Translations under genes and position numbers: made by a program
Part shown: positions 8,646 to 17,693 of the stretch, piece after piece
How the letters are laid out: each line of letters starts with the position of its first letter
How positions within the stretch are numbered: the first letter of the stretch is position 1
The notes under the pieces: model-generated
Database searches by the model: none
The model's input: the letters and a program-made list of their open reading frames with translations, nothing else
What the model was told of the DNA's origin: nothing
Virus record (IMG/VR): IMGVR_UViG_3300033141_002573
Location: 1-42,725 of that record
Source of the DNA: a virus
DNA: 42,725 nt
Direction: 5' to 3' (one strand)

Positions 8646-8960
8646 ATGAGCGATGAGCGGATATTCTGCGGGGGGATACTACCCGATGGGAGCACGTGTC
8701 ACGCTACTGAGTTCCGCGAACGTCTTCCCCAAGGGAGCACCAAGCGGCCTCAACAACGGCGTATGGGCTGGTACTACATCGAGGGCAACTGTTGGGTAGA
8801 TTACTGCCCCAAGTGTGGAACGAAGCTCGGTGTCATAGATGGGTGGGAACCTATTACGGATGCGATGGTGCCGAAGAATGAGTCCGATCAACTAAAAGCT
8901 GCATTGGCGCAAATGGTTATGGACTACTTGGAGGGCTTACTCAATGGAGGAGAGCGATAG
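8646..8960 (+). CDS. Zn-ribbon protein
   Basis: GGAGG RBS; FCGG...C...YCPKCG. Confidence 0.65.
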   Translation: MSDERIFCGGILPDGSTCHATEFRERLPQGSTKRPQQRRMGWYYIEGNCWVDYCPKCGTKLGVIDGWEPITDAMVPKNESDQLKAALAQMVMDYLEGLLNGGER

Positions 8961-8962
8961 GG

Positions 8963-9439
8963 ATGCCTAAGAAGGTTGTTGTACCCGGTACGTGGGGAAA
9001 ATGTACCTGTCAGGGCTGCGCCTGGAATATCGGCGACGAGGTGTGGCAGTGTTGTTATCTCAGCAAACCTATATCTGAAACAGGTTTTAGTTGGTTGTAT
9101 TGCCCTTGGTGCGGCGACCTCTGCGGCGAGGGCGGTCACATTCGTCCGAACCTGAGACGGTTGGTAGAGGCAGACGTGCTAGAGTTTGCAGACGAACTGC
9201 TATCCCACGAGCTTGACTGGCGGACGGAGGTAGATTTCCGCGACTACCTGGCCCGCTTGCGGGGTTTGCTGGCGGTCGGGTGTCCAACGTGTGGCGGTAC
9301 GGGGTACATTCAGCAGGAGGGCATGAAGGACTTTGAGTCCGGCAGCGTGATAGACGACATCTTCACGCAGTATGAGTTGCCTTGCCCGGACTGCCAGCCG
9401 GATGGAAGGGAGGCCGAAGATAATGAGGGACGTGGTTGA
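8963..9439 (+). CDS. Cys-rich protein with a Zn-ribbon and DnaJ-like CxxCxGxG
   Basis: CTC..C, YCPWCG, CPTCGGTG...CPDC. Confidence 0.65.
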   Translation: MPKKVVVPGTWGKCTCQGCAWNIGDEVWQCCYLSKPISETGFSWLYCPWCGDLCGEGGHIRPNLRRLVEADVLEFADELLSHELDWRTEVDFRDYLARLRGLLAVGCPTCGGTGYIQQEGMKDFESGSVIDDIFTQYELPCPDCQPDGREAEDNEGRG

Positions 9440-9758
9440 GGGGAAGTGCGGCTGTGGCTACGCCAAGTGGCATAGTGATAGGCAACAGTGGTACACAACA
9501 CACCAAGTTTGGCACTCCGAGGTATCTAGCAACCCCTTGTGTTTTGAAAGCATTGCTATAACTGTCTACCTCGATGGGGGCTATTGCCCACGTTGTGGGT
9601 ATCGCCTCGACCCTGATGGCTTCGCCCGGCGCATGGTGGACATTACCGTAGAGGAACTGCGGGAGAGGGTTGGTGTTCTAGAAGAGAACTCGAAGTTGTA
9701 TACATTTCTGACCGATGCGATGAGCCATGTTGCTAAACCAAAACACTTGATGGCCTGA
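9423..9758 (+). CDS. Zn-ribbon protein
   Basis: GGAGG RBS, ATG 9423; GKCGCG...YCPRCG. Confidence 0.65.
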   Translation: MRDVVEGKCGCGYAKWHSDRQQWYTTHQVWHSEVSSNPLCFESIAITVYLDGGYCPRCGYRLDPDGFARRMVDITVEELRERVGVLEENSKLYTFLTDAMSHVAKPKHLMA

Positions 9759-9769
9759 GGAGAAGACCC

Positions 9770-10075
9770 GTGCGAACCGATTACGCCGCTGAGGATTTCC
9801 CATTGTGCCTGCCCTGGGGCGGGTGTGGCCCGTTTATAGGTGCCATGCAGGATGCTGCACACCTAGCGGGTATAGAACTCACTATTCTCAGCAAGACCGC
9901 AGATTGGAGTGTATTTGCAACACACTATCAAGTGCGGATACGAGGGCCTGCGGTGAACCGCAATCAATTCAAGCGTTGGCTCATAGCGGCTATTGCCGCA
10001 GCGAACGACGCGATGGAGCATGGGCGTAACACAGTCCATCAGGGAGGTGCAGACAATGGAAGACCTATTCGATAG
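9770..10075 (+). CDS. Hypothetical protein
   Basis: GAGGAG RBS, GTG start. Confidence 0.55.
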   Translation: MRTDYAAEDFPLCLPWGGCGPFIGAMQDAAHLAGIELTILSKTADWSVFATHYQVRIRGPAVNRNQFKRWLIAAIAAANDAMEHGRNTVHQGGADNGRPIR

Positions 10076-10298
10076 CCCCGAACAGGCGATGGACACGTTG
10101 ATGGAGGAGGCCAGCCTTGCGGTCACAGATGCCGCCCGCGCTTACCTACTCAAGTGGGCGAACTATGGCCTGAGGTGCTCAAGGGAAGCGAAGGCCATAG
10201 AGAAGAGGGTGCGTGAGCGCAATGCTTGGTTGGCGAAGATGGAGGAAGACCTTAAGAGGGAATGGGCCGAGAAGGAGGTGGAGGAGCACGGACAGTGA
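10056..10298 (+). CDS. Hypothetical protein
   Basis: GGGAGGT RBS, ATG 10056 (MEDLFDSPEQ). Confidence 0.6.
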   Translation: MEDLFDSPEQAMDTLMEEASLAVTDAARAYLLKWANYGLRCSREAKAIEKRVRERNAWLAKMEEDLKREWAEKEVEEHGQ

Positions 10299-10320
10299 GT
10301 ATGAGTCCAAGGCTGTTGAA

Positions 10321-10494
10321 ATGGTCAATCGGTTCTGGGAGATAGCATGGTGGTCTGGGTACAAGCATGAGAAGCGGTCGGCCTTGGATGAATATGACAA
10401 GGAGGATTACGAGATTATGGAGAATGCGCTTGCCTATGCTCTTGAACACGGATGGGAGCCTACCGAGAACGCCGAACGGGAGGTGAAAGCCTAA
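10321..10494 (+). CDS. Hypothetical acidic protein (start uncertain)
   Basis: Frame of ORF 10213-10494; TAATG coupling to the next gene. Confidence 0.45.
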   Translation: MVNRFWEIAWWSGYKHEKRSALDEYDKEDYEIMENALAYALEHGWEPTENAEREVKA

Positions 10495-10775
10495 TGCCAT
10501 TCTACACCACGGCGCAAGACCGCGACCGTGCCGTACTCTCCTGCGATTGCGCGGGCGAGTGTACCCAGATTCTGCTTATGTGGGACGAGGAATACGGGGT
10601 ACTGTACCTTAGCCCTCGGCCAGAGAAGCTATGCTGGCGGGAACGGTTGCGGCGGGCATGGCACCTGCTCGTTGCGGGCGAACCGTGGCCCGATTCGATG
10701 ATATTGGGGCGCGAGACGGTGCGGGCGCTTACCGAGTGGATAGCCGAACGGGAGGCAAGCAGGGGTAAGGGTTAA
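10494..10775 (+). CDS. Hypothetical phage protein (CxC motif, WRERLRRAW)
   Basis: GGGAGGTG RBS, TAATG overlap. Confidence 0.6.
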   Translation: MPFYTTAQDRDRAVLSCDCAGECTQILLMWDEEYGVLYLSPRPEKLCWRERLRRAWHLLVAGEPWPDSMILGRETVRALTEWIAEREASRGKG

Positions 10776-10849
10776 GGCACTGTCGTGTGGCCCATATATG
10801 GGCCAAACAAACAATGCCGGTAGGCCAGCTACCGAGGAGGTTACAAGAC

Positions 10850-11161
10850 ATGACCGAAGTTTTGGCGGACCATATCGCAGGAGCGCTGAGGGGCGTCGGG
10901 ATAGACCCTGCGAGTCGGGAAGCGAATCCCTACACAGTCTGGTATGATAGGCCTGGTATGGAGACACCTGTGCCGATGCTGAGACAAGTATATCTGGACT
11001 CGGTGAGTCTATGGCGTTGGTGGGACCGAGCGAGACGGATGGAGGAGCAAATGGAAATTGACAAGGCGCGGGTGAAGGCACTGTACGAGGAGGTCTGCGA
11101 GTTGCGGGCGTTGCTTGTGGGAACACCCTTACCTGATTGGGCCTCCTGTAATCCAAATTGA
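10850..11161 (+). CDS. Hypothetical protein
   Basis: GAGGAGG RBS before ATG 10850, in the frame of 10787-11161. Confidence 0.55.
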   Translation: MTEVLADHIAGALRGVGIDPASREANPYTVWYDRPGMETPVPMLRQVYLDSVSLWRWWDRARRMEEQMEIDKARVKALYEEVCELRALLVGTPLPDWASCNPN

Positions 11162-11224
11162 GGTGAGCCACAATATCAAACAGGTTATGTGTTAGAGCAC
11201 GTGGACGGTTATTTGTAATCACCC

Positions 11225-11253
11225 TTGACTCCGAAGCTAATATGTGGTATGAT
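11225..11253 (+). promoter_or_regulatory. Sigma70/sigmaA-type promoter (extended -10) for the replication operon
   Basis: TTGACT (11225-30), 17-nt spacer, TGnTATGAT (11245-53) in the largest + arm intergenic gap; followed by palindrome GATACAAGTGTATC (11266-79) and RBS TAAGGAGGT. Confidence 0.85.
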
Positions 11254-11303
11254 GATGGGGTCAGAGATACAAGTGTATCCAAACAGACATAAGGAGGTAA
11301 GCA

Positions 11304-12266
11304 ATGGCAGACCAAGAAGTTGTTCCGTACAAGACGGAGGAGGTAGTAGTTTCCCCTCAGAGTACCCCATCAGGGACGTTCATCCTTAACGCCGATCGCA
11401 CAGCCATCATCAGGGTGGATGGGTGGAACGTTGATGGCACCGAGATTGGTGTGTCCGTATGGGTAACGAGCGATCTTGACACCGTAAGGTCGACGGACCC
11501 TGCTGTTACTATGGAGATAGGTAGCGGTATGGCTGATGGGATAGTGGGTGCCAAGGCATACAAGATACTTCTCCCACAGGAGAACGAGGTGGAGGCAGAT
11601 GAAGCACAGGGTCTTTCCATTGATGCCATCATGGCAGGAATGGACAAAGCAGAACCTCATGTGGAGGAGAAACCTCAAACTATAATTCCTCCTGCCCAAC
11701 CGCAGCCTGTAGCTACACCTGTGACTGAGCCTAAGGTAGAACCTGAGCAAGAATCTCCACCAGAACAGAAAGTTTCACCACCGACACCTGATGATGTAAT
11801 ATCAGGCGAATCAGATGATGGAATGAAAACCGGACCCTATGATGGTAATCTGGAGACAAAACGTGCGTGGATGTACACAACTGTATGGGAATCTGATGAC
11901 CACTTCATTACGTTCGATGGGCTTGCTGAGCGGGCTGTTAGTGAGGGCAAGTGGGAAGATAAAGAATCGTTCTACAAGATACTGCCTGCGATGGTGGGAG
12001 GCCTGCGGAGTGCTGGTTGGGACATACGGGGGAGCGAAGATCCTCCCGGCCTACGTGTAGGTGGGCCTCCGATTAGGCCAGGGGAGAACCCAGGAGCTAT
12101 TCGACATCTACTTCCTGGATCACCAGGTAGCCACGGTCCGACCACCACCCCACTGCCGGTTCAGGTGGATAATCCCTCAGATACACTAAAGGAGTCACTG
12201 GTCTCTCTTGCCGATAATCTCATTGATGCGCTAACATCGTTCGAAGAATCAATCAAACAGGGATAA
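11304..12266 (+). CDS. Acidic/Pro-rich protein with a possible winged-helix domain (putative regulator)
   Basis: Perfect RBS; Pro/Glu linker; KRAWMY...ITFDGLAERA...MVGGLRSAGWDI resembles wHTH topology (inference). Confidence 0.7.
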   Translation: MADQEVVPYKTEEVVVSPQSTPSGTFILNADRTAIIRVDGWNVDGTEIGVSVWVTSDLDTVRSTDPAVTMEIGSGMADGIVGAKAYKILLPQENEVEADEAQGLSIDAIMAGMDKAEPHVEEKPQTIIPPAQPQPVATPVTEPKVEPEQESPPEQKVSPPTPDDVISGESDDGMKTGPYDGNLETKRAWMYTTVWESDDHFITFDGLAERAVSEGKWEDKESFYKILPAMVGGLRSAGWDIRGSEDPPGLRVGGPPIRPGENPGAIRHLLPGSPGSHGPTTTPLPVQVDNPSDTLKESLVSLADNLIDALTSFEESIKQG

Positions 12267-12268
12267 AG

Positions 12269-12598
12269 ATGAATAAGGTGGTATTTCGTGTAAGGGGTAC
12301 GTCCTCTTGCGCCGACGTACTTCCCCATGTTTGTGTTGGTCAGGATGTGTGCCTCGAACCCTCAGGCACTGAGGATCTTCCCGATGCAGTAGAGGTGTGG
12401 GTGAGAATAAAGGGCCAGATGGTCCGCGTTGGGTACGTTCCAGCCAATCTATGCGCACATGTACGGGAACTACTCGATAACCGTTGCGGCGCTGGGATAT
12501 GGAACACACGTGTGGTGTCTGTAGATTCTGGACTCCATGTCGCCTACGAGTATAATGATGCCTATGGAAACAGTAGTGAATACAGAGGCTACAGGTAA
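12269..12598 (+). CDS. HIRAN-domain protein
   Basis: FRVRGTS...GQDVCLEP...DAVEV...VGYVPAN matches the HIRAN pattern. Confidence 0.7.
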   Translation: MNKVVFRVRGTSSCADVLPHVCVGQDVCLEPSGTEDLPDAVEVWVRIKGQMVRVGYVPANLCAHVRELLDNRCGAGIWNTRVVSVDSGLHVAYEYNDAYGNSSEYRGYR

Positions 12599-15134
12599 GC
12601 CAGACGCCAACCCTTTTCCTATTTCACGGGATGAAAGTGTGTGCAAGGATTGTCCATGGTACACACCAGAATCTGTGATGATAAGCCACAGAGGCCCCAT
12701 CGACGCCGAGGTGGTTGTTATCGGCCAATGCCCTGGGGCAGAAGAGGCCCATAGAGGTGTGCCGTTTGTAGGCCCATCTGGCAGGCTTCTTGTCCAAGCC
12801 TTGGGGGATGCTGGTTTTGATACTAACAAGATACTGTTCACTAACGCTGTGTGGTGCGCAGGACAGGAGAAGCCTCCAAAGGAGACCCTTGATAGATGTA
12901 AAACCTATGTTCAGCGTCTTCTTAAGCTGTCAAAAAGAAGGCTTCTCATCCTTCTTGGAAATGAAGCGCATTACGCCATACATGGGGGCAGTGTCTCTGG
13001 TGTTCTTCAGAACCAGGGTAGGGTAGAGCAGGTTGGTGATGCTCTGTCTGTGTGGTTGCTTCATCCCGCTTACATCCTGCGGAATCTTGCTGCCAAAGGC
13101 AGATGGGTATCCGAGCTTCAACGCGCCTTTGCGCTGATAGAAGGGAAACTTGTCCAACCGGAGTTCGAGTTAGAAATAGTTGGTCCTGGCTTCATGGACG
13201 CTTCTGTGCTCACCGATGAGCATTGGATTAGAAACGCAGATACTATAGCAATGGATATTGAAACAACCGGACTTGATTGGACAAAGGATAAGATACTGGG
13301 GGTTGGGCTGTCTAGTGGGAAAAGGGCTATCTACCTGGTATTTAGACATTCGCTTCATGCTTTTCCTGGTCTTGAGTCGCTCGGTACACTTGGCCTCAAG
13401 GACAACCCTGACCTCCCTCAGATAGTGGAATGGCTTCGTTCCACTATTGGCCCCGATAGAAGACCTGGTGTGTCCATAGTAGGCCACAATTTGAAGTTCG
13501 ACAATAAGTACCTTTATCATGAGGTCGGCTTTACCGCACAGCCTACGGCCATCGATACCATGGTGCTTCACCACCTTGTTGATGAAAACGAACCGCATGG
13601 TCTTAAGGCCTTGGCTCGGACGTGGCTGATGGTTGATGATTGGGACCGTGACACTAGAGAGGTTATGATAAGCAAGACAGGTCACCTGGGTCATCTTCCC
13701 ATTGCAGATGTTGCCAATTACTGTGCATCTGACTGTGTAGCAACGGAGGCGTTGTCTGACCTCTTCAGGCAACGTGCGATTGATGAGGGCTACTGGTCTC
13801 TCTACAAGGACCTTGTTGGTCCACTATCGGATGAGTTGCTTTGGATTGAGGTACGTGGGCTTCTGGTTGACATAGATGCCTACAATGAACTCGACAGGCG
13901 GCTGAGTGAGCATGTAACACGTCTCAGGGAACGGGTGCGGGATATTAGCGGGTATGGGACTGGAACTACCTGTCCTTGGCGTAAAGACAAGCAGGATGGG
14001 ATGAATCCAGATAGCAATAGCCAGGACCTTCCGGCGCTTCTCTTTAGCCATGAGTACGGTTGGGGTATTGAACCCCCATTCAGCACAGAGACAGGGCGTC
14101 CGTCCGTCGATGCAAAAGCTCTTGCAGCCATTCTGGAAGGGAACATACCAACTAAGGCAAAGAGGTTTATCAACGCACTTTTGGACTACAAGCATGTGCG
14201 TACATGGTACACCACGTTTGTTAAGGGGTTGCGTGATCACATACACGAGGATGGGACTGTCCACACTACCTATATGTTTGATCCTGTTAAACACGAACAG
14301 GCACCCCGTACCGGGCGGCTATGTAGTAGCCGCCCGAACGTTCAGAACGTGCCGCCTGAAATCAGACCTGTCTACAAGGCACGTGACGGTTATGTCTTCG
14401 TGGAGTCCGACTATTCCCAACTTGAGGCAAGGGTATGGGCGCATCTATCTGGCGACCCACTGTTGATCAAGATATTCGAACGAGCAAATGTTGACCCCGA
14501 GTTCGACTTCCATAGGATAATTGCTAGTGTCGCATTCGGTGTTCCACCTGACGAGGTTACCAAGGACCAGAGAAATGCTGCTAAGGTGATACTCTTTGGA
14601 GGAGTAATGTACGGTGGTGGTGAGTACATCGTCTCAGAACAACTTCATAAGCCAGTTTCCGAGGTAGAGGATCTGATGCGGCGTTTGTTCTCGTACTTCC
14701 CCACAGGTCAGGCATGGCTTCACAGACAGGTAATGGAGGCCCACAGAAATGGCTTCGTTAGAAGTACAATAGGAAGACGGAGGAGGCTGCCGGACATTCA
14801 AAGCTCAGACCGACGTATCCGCAGTGGGGCTGAGCGGCAGGCCAGGAACAGTGTCATACAAGGACTGGCATCTGACATCAACAACATGTCTCTCATTAGA
14901 ATAAACCGATGGCTTAGAGGTGACGGTTCTAATTTCGATGCCAAAGCGGTTAATCTTGTCCATGACAGCCTTCTCTACGAGGTGAGAGACGACCAGGTTG
15001 ATGATTACCTACCGAACCACGAGGCGCTTATGACAGTTGAGCCGTTTGAGGGATTTGGGGTTCCTCTTCAGGTTAAGTCTAAGGTTTCAACACACTGGGG
15101 AGGCAAACTAGACATTGATGCCATCTGCGATTAA
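12537..15134 (+). CDS. polA: Family A DNA polymerase with N-terminal family-4 uracil-DNA glycosylase and a 3'-5' exonuclease domain (start uncertain)
   Basis: UDG4: CKDC, IGQCPG..E...G.PFVGPSG, TNAVWC, HPAYILR. Exo: DIETTG, HNLKFD, YCASD. Pol: TGRLCSSRPNVQN, DYSQLEAR, RNAAKVILFG, NSVIQG, VHDSL. Confidence 0.96.
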   Translation: MSPTSIMMPMETVVNTEATGKPDANPFPISRDESVCKDCPWYTPESVMISHRGPIDAEVVVIGQCPGAEEAHRGVPFVGPSGRLLVQALGDAGFDTNKILFTNAVWCAGQEKPPKETLDRCKTYVQRLLKLSKRRLLILLGNEAHYAIHGGSVSGVLQNQGRVEQVGDALSVWLLHPAYILRNLAAKGRWVSELQRAFALIEGKLVQPEFELEIVGPGFMDASVLTDEHWIRNADTIAMDIETTGLDWTKDKILGVGLSSGKRAIYLVFRHSLHAFPGLESLGTLGLKDNPDLPQIVEWLRSTIGPDRRPGVSIVGHNLKFDNKYLYHEVGFTAQPTAIDTMVLHHLVDENEPHGLKALARTWLMVDDWDRDTREVMISKTGHLGHLPIADVANYCASDCVATEALSDLFRQRAIDEGYWSLYKDLVGPLSDELLWIEVRGLLVDIDAYNELDRRLSEHVTRLRERVRDISGYGTGTTCPWRKDKQDGMNPDSNSQDLPALLFSHEYGWGIEPPFSTETGRPSVDAKALAAILEGNIPTKAKRFINALLDYKHVRTWYTTFVKGLRDHIHEDGTVHTTYMFDPVKHEQAPRTGRLCSSRPNVQNVPPEIRPVYKARDGYVFVESDYSQLEARVWAHLSGDPLLIKIFERANVDPEFDFHRIIASVAFGVPPDEVTKDQRNAAKVILFGGVMYGGGEYIVSEQLHKPVSEVEDLMRRLFSYFPTGQAWLHRQVMEAHRNGFVRSTIGRRRRLPDIQSSDRRIRSGAERQARNSVIQGLASDINNMSLIRINRWLRGDGSNFDAKAVNLVHDSLLYEVRDDQVDDYLPNHEALMTVEPFEGFGVPLQVKSKVSTHWGGKLDIDAICD

Positions 15135-15393
15135 CGATGATTTCGAGCGGTTGGTAGAGGAGCATATGGAGTACATTCATCTTACGGAGTACGACATACT
15201 CCATACACTCTCTGACCTTGAGTTGGCCGTCTGGGTGCCATGGGCTATAGGGGGGTTGTCGGTTGAGGAGATAGCATTAAAGGTAGAGAGGGATGTGAAT
15301 GTCGTATCTCAAGTGCTATCCAGGGCTAGGGGAAAACTCAGGAAAACTGTACTTGAGCGCCCACGTCGACTAGACATTAGTGAGGAGCAGTAG
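15118..15393 (+). CDS. Small sigma70 region-4-like HTH protein
   Basis: LSDLELAV...GLSVEEIA...VSQVLSRARGKLR. Confidence 0.75.
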   Translation: MPSAINDDFERLVEEHMEYIHLTEYDILHTLSDLELAVWVPWAIGGLSVEEIALKVERDVNVVSQVLSRARGKLRKTVLERPRRLDISEEQ

Positions 15394-15394
15394 G

Positions 15395-16009
15395 ATGCTG
15401 GGGCCACACCAGTTAACAGATCTCGGCGAACTACGTGCCCTTGAGCTTCTAACCCCGTCACAGCGCGGACCAGACGACAATGCCCGTATTGTAGCGCTTC
15501 GGGAGAGGGTTACGCGGAACGCGCTTGATAAGTTTCTACATATCGTACGTGAAAGAATGGGTGAATTGGCGCTTTTGCCACCTATCAACTACAGAGAACG
15601 GGAACGACTGGTGGATGATCTCCAAGTCAAACTTGATACCGATTATGTTGGGTCCTACATTGATCCTGTAAGAGGCCAGAAATTACTAATACAGGCCAGC
15701 GGGAATCGTGTAGCTATCAACGCTATGTACCGGCAAGCGCAGCGACGCGCCGATACCCTAACCGATGCCTTGGACGAGATGGAATTGCTGTGGGCAGGAA
15801 TGGGGCCTGAGCAGGTTGAATGGCGTAATAGGGCGTTGGCTGAACCACTGCTGTGCAGTATGCGTAGGATGGTCAATGAGGCGGTACGCCACGCTAAGTA
15901 CTGCGAAAACGCTTTTTGGACCATACAAAATACGTGCAACGAGATAGTTGAGTTGGTCAAAATGTATGACCGTGCAGCCCAATTAGGGCCACCAGTAGGC
16001 CCTGACTAA
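15395..16009 (+). CDS. Helical hypothetical protein (possible recombination mediator)
   Basis: GAGGAG RBS, ATG 15395; long helices; lies before the SSB-like and RecA-like genes. Function is inference. Confidence 0.6.
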   Translation: MLGPHQLTDLGELRALELLTPSQRGPDDNARIVALRERVTRNALDKFLHIVRERMGELALLPPINYRERERLVDDLQVKLDTDYVGSYIDPVRGQKLLIQASGNRVAINAMYRQAQRRADTLTDALDEMELLWAGMGPEQVEWRNRALAEPLLCSMRRMVNEAVRHAKYCENAFWTIQNTCNEIVELVKMYDRAAQLGPPVGPD

Positions 16010-16022
16010 AGGAGGAGCATCT

Positions 16023-17042
16023 ATGCTTAAGTTCTCGCGTCACAAGTCGTCGTGGTATCTACAAGGACCCACACCGGAGGTCCACGAAACGTGGAGGCAC
16101 AAAGTTCAGTTTGTGCAGCCCCAGGACCCATGGCTTTACACACAGCATACGTTTCCTGTTAAGGATGGACGTGCCTTTGTGTATTGCCTAGGGTCACCAG
16201 CCGACGGACATCGTATGAAGGACGATCCCTATGTCCTATCTGAGGAGGGTGTCGCAGCGTGTAGAAGCATCACCATAGGAACCACGCCGTTGCATGACAT
16301 CGACGATGGTGGTCAGTTGCAAGCCCACTTTCTCGTCTGGGTATGGGAATCGTGGGAGGATGGAGGATGGAGGCCTGTTAATGCCCTTCGTGTCATCAAC
16401 ACCAAAGCAGATGGTACATGGTATGAGGCCATATACAGTCTCTATCAGAACAACGGGGCATTTACTGGTTACGATGTGGTTCTGGACACAGTTTCCTTGG
16501 GGTCGGCTTTCAGGTACGTAATCCAGCCTCTCCAGTCGCCTTGTGGGAACATACAGGACTGGCAGGAGAAGATACAGTCAGATTGGAATGGAACAGCGGA
16601 CGAACCCGGATGTGGTGCAGCTTACGATCCTACACGTACACGTCAGCAGATTGAGGAATATCTAGCTACACTCCAGCCTGCGGGTCTAATGTCGGCTGCG
16701 CCTGGAGGCAGGCAGGCATCGTCGGTGGCACCACCTCCTGTTCTGAATGTGGGTAGTGCCCAAGCAACCCCAGCACCCACACCCACACCAACACCTACCC
16801 CAGTACCCGCACCAGCACCTACACCTACCCCAGCACCCACACCGCAGGTAGTGCCGCCATCGACACCAGCCCCGCCTGCCCCGGCCCCTTCTACTCAAGG
16901 AGTGCCCGATTTCGAATCCGGCATCAGTGCTCCCAATGAGACACCACCTCAACAACTTCAGGTTGAAGAGAACGCAGCGCCTACGCAGCCAGGGCCAACG
17001 GCAGAGGACATCATTGCACAGATAACAGGGAACAAGGGGTAG
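16023..17042 (+). CDS. Probable single-stranded DNA-binding protein with a Pro/Thr/Ala linker
   Basis: AAAGGAGG RBS; beta-rich N-terminal domain, long (xP)n linker, acidic tail ending AEDIIAQI; replication-operon context. Confidence 0.55.
   Translation: MLKFSRHKSSWYLQGPTPEVHETWRHKVQFVQPQDPWLYTQHTFPVKDGRAFVYCLGSPADGHRMKDDPYVLSEEGVAACRSITIGTTPLHDIDDGGQLQAHFLVWVWESWEDGGWRPVNALRVINTKADGTWYEAIYSLYQNNGAFTGYDVVLDTVSLGSAFRYVIQPLQSPCGNIQDWQEKIQSDWNGTADEPGCGAAYDPTRTRQQIEEYLATLQPAGLMSAAPGGRQASSVAPPPVLNVGSAQATPAPTPTPTPTPVPAPAPTPTPAPTPQVVPPSTPAPPAPAPSTQGVPDFESGISAPNETPPQQLQVEENAAPTQPGPTAEDIIAQITGNKG
16765..16890 (+). repeat. Degenerate hexamer repeat encoding a (T/A)P linker
   Basis: ACCCCAGCACCCACACCCACACCAACACCTACC... 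= TPAPTPTPTPTPVPAPAPTPTPAPTP. Confidence 0.7.
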
Positions 17043-17048
17043 CGGAAA

Positions 17049-17693
17049 ATGGTGTTTAAGACAGGAACGGCAATCGACGAGCAGAAGGACTTCGATGGCC
17101 TTACGATTGGAGGCCTTCGATGCGGGTTGGTTGGTGTCTACGATGAATCACCAAGCCAAGTGGCAGCCACAGAGTTCGTTGCTAGAGTGGCAAATGCTAA
17201 CCCTGATGCGTCTGTGTGGTGGGTGGATGGGATTTCGGCATTTGGTGGTTACCTCCCGTTTTACGTTACAGAGCCGTTCCCGTCAATAGAGGAGAGGTCA
17301 CTCATCGTCTCATCGAAGGGGGTGGGTGACCTCTACGACTTTATACGTGTAATAGAACACCCAGGTAGTGTGGTTGCAGTTCTCAGCCTGATGGCGTTTC
17401 GCGACGTTGACGAGCAGTCATCTATGATAGGGCCGATTTTCACAGAGATGGCATCCAAGGGTGAGGAACTTGATATGCTTTTCCTTGTGACTACATATGC
17501 GGTAGGAGGGCGAGCAATGGGGAGGTGGCGGCCAAGGGCATATGGTGGGAGGGAACTGAATGAGAGAGGCCACACCATACTTACCGTAACATACAGGAAA
17601 GGTCGTTTCGGTATCCGGGTTCCAATCTCGCGGTTTATGCCACCGTTGCTGGAATGGATATGGGACGATGGTTGCTGCACAGTCGGCCAGTAG
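17049..17693 (+). CDS. RecA/RadA-fold protein with a degenerate Walker A
   Basis: FDGLTIGGLRCGLVGVY..., VWWVDG, LFLVTT and YGGREL...TILTV follow RecA topology, but there is no GxxxxGKT. Confidence 0.55.
   Translation: MVFKTGTAIDEQKDFDGLTIGGLRCGLVGVYDESPSQVAATEFVARVANANPDASVWWVDGISAFGGYLPFYVTEPFPSIEERSLIVSSKGVGDLYDFIRVIEHPGSVVAVLSLMAFRDVDEQSSMIGPIFTEMASKGEELDMLFLVTTYAVGGRAMGRWRPRAYGGRELNERGHTILTVTYRKGRFGIRVPISRFMPPLLEWIWDDGCCTVGQ

Noticed and set aside
10288-10290. ACG non-canonical start for the 10494-ending gene
   Set aside because: In frame and after GGAGGAG, but the spacing is short and an ATG exists at 10321; cannot be supported from sequence alone
10629-11315. 228-aa minus-strand ORF
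   Set aside because: Runs antisense across well-supported + genes and the promoter; low-complexity Pro/Ser composition
16765-16890. Possible contingency/phase-variation microsatellite
   Set aside because: Degenerate, in-frame hexamers encoding an ordinary Pro-rich linker
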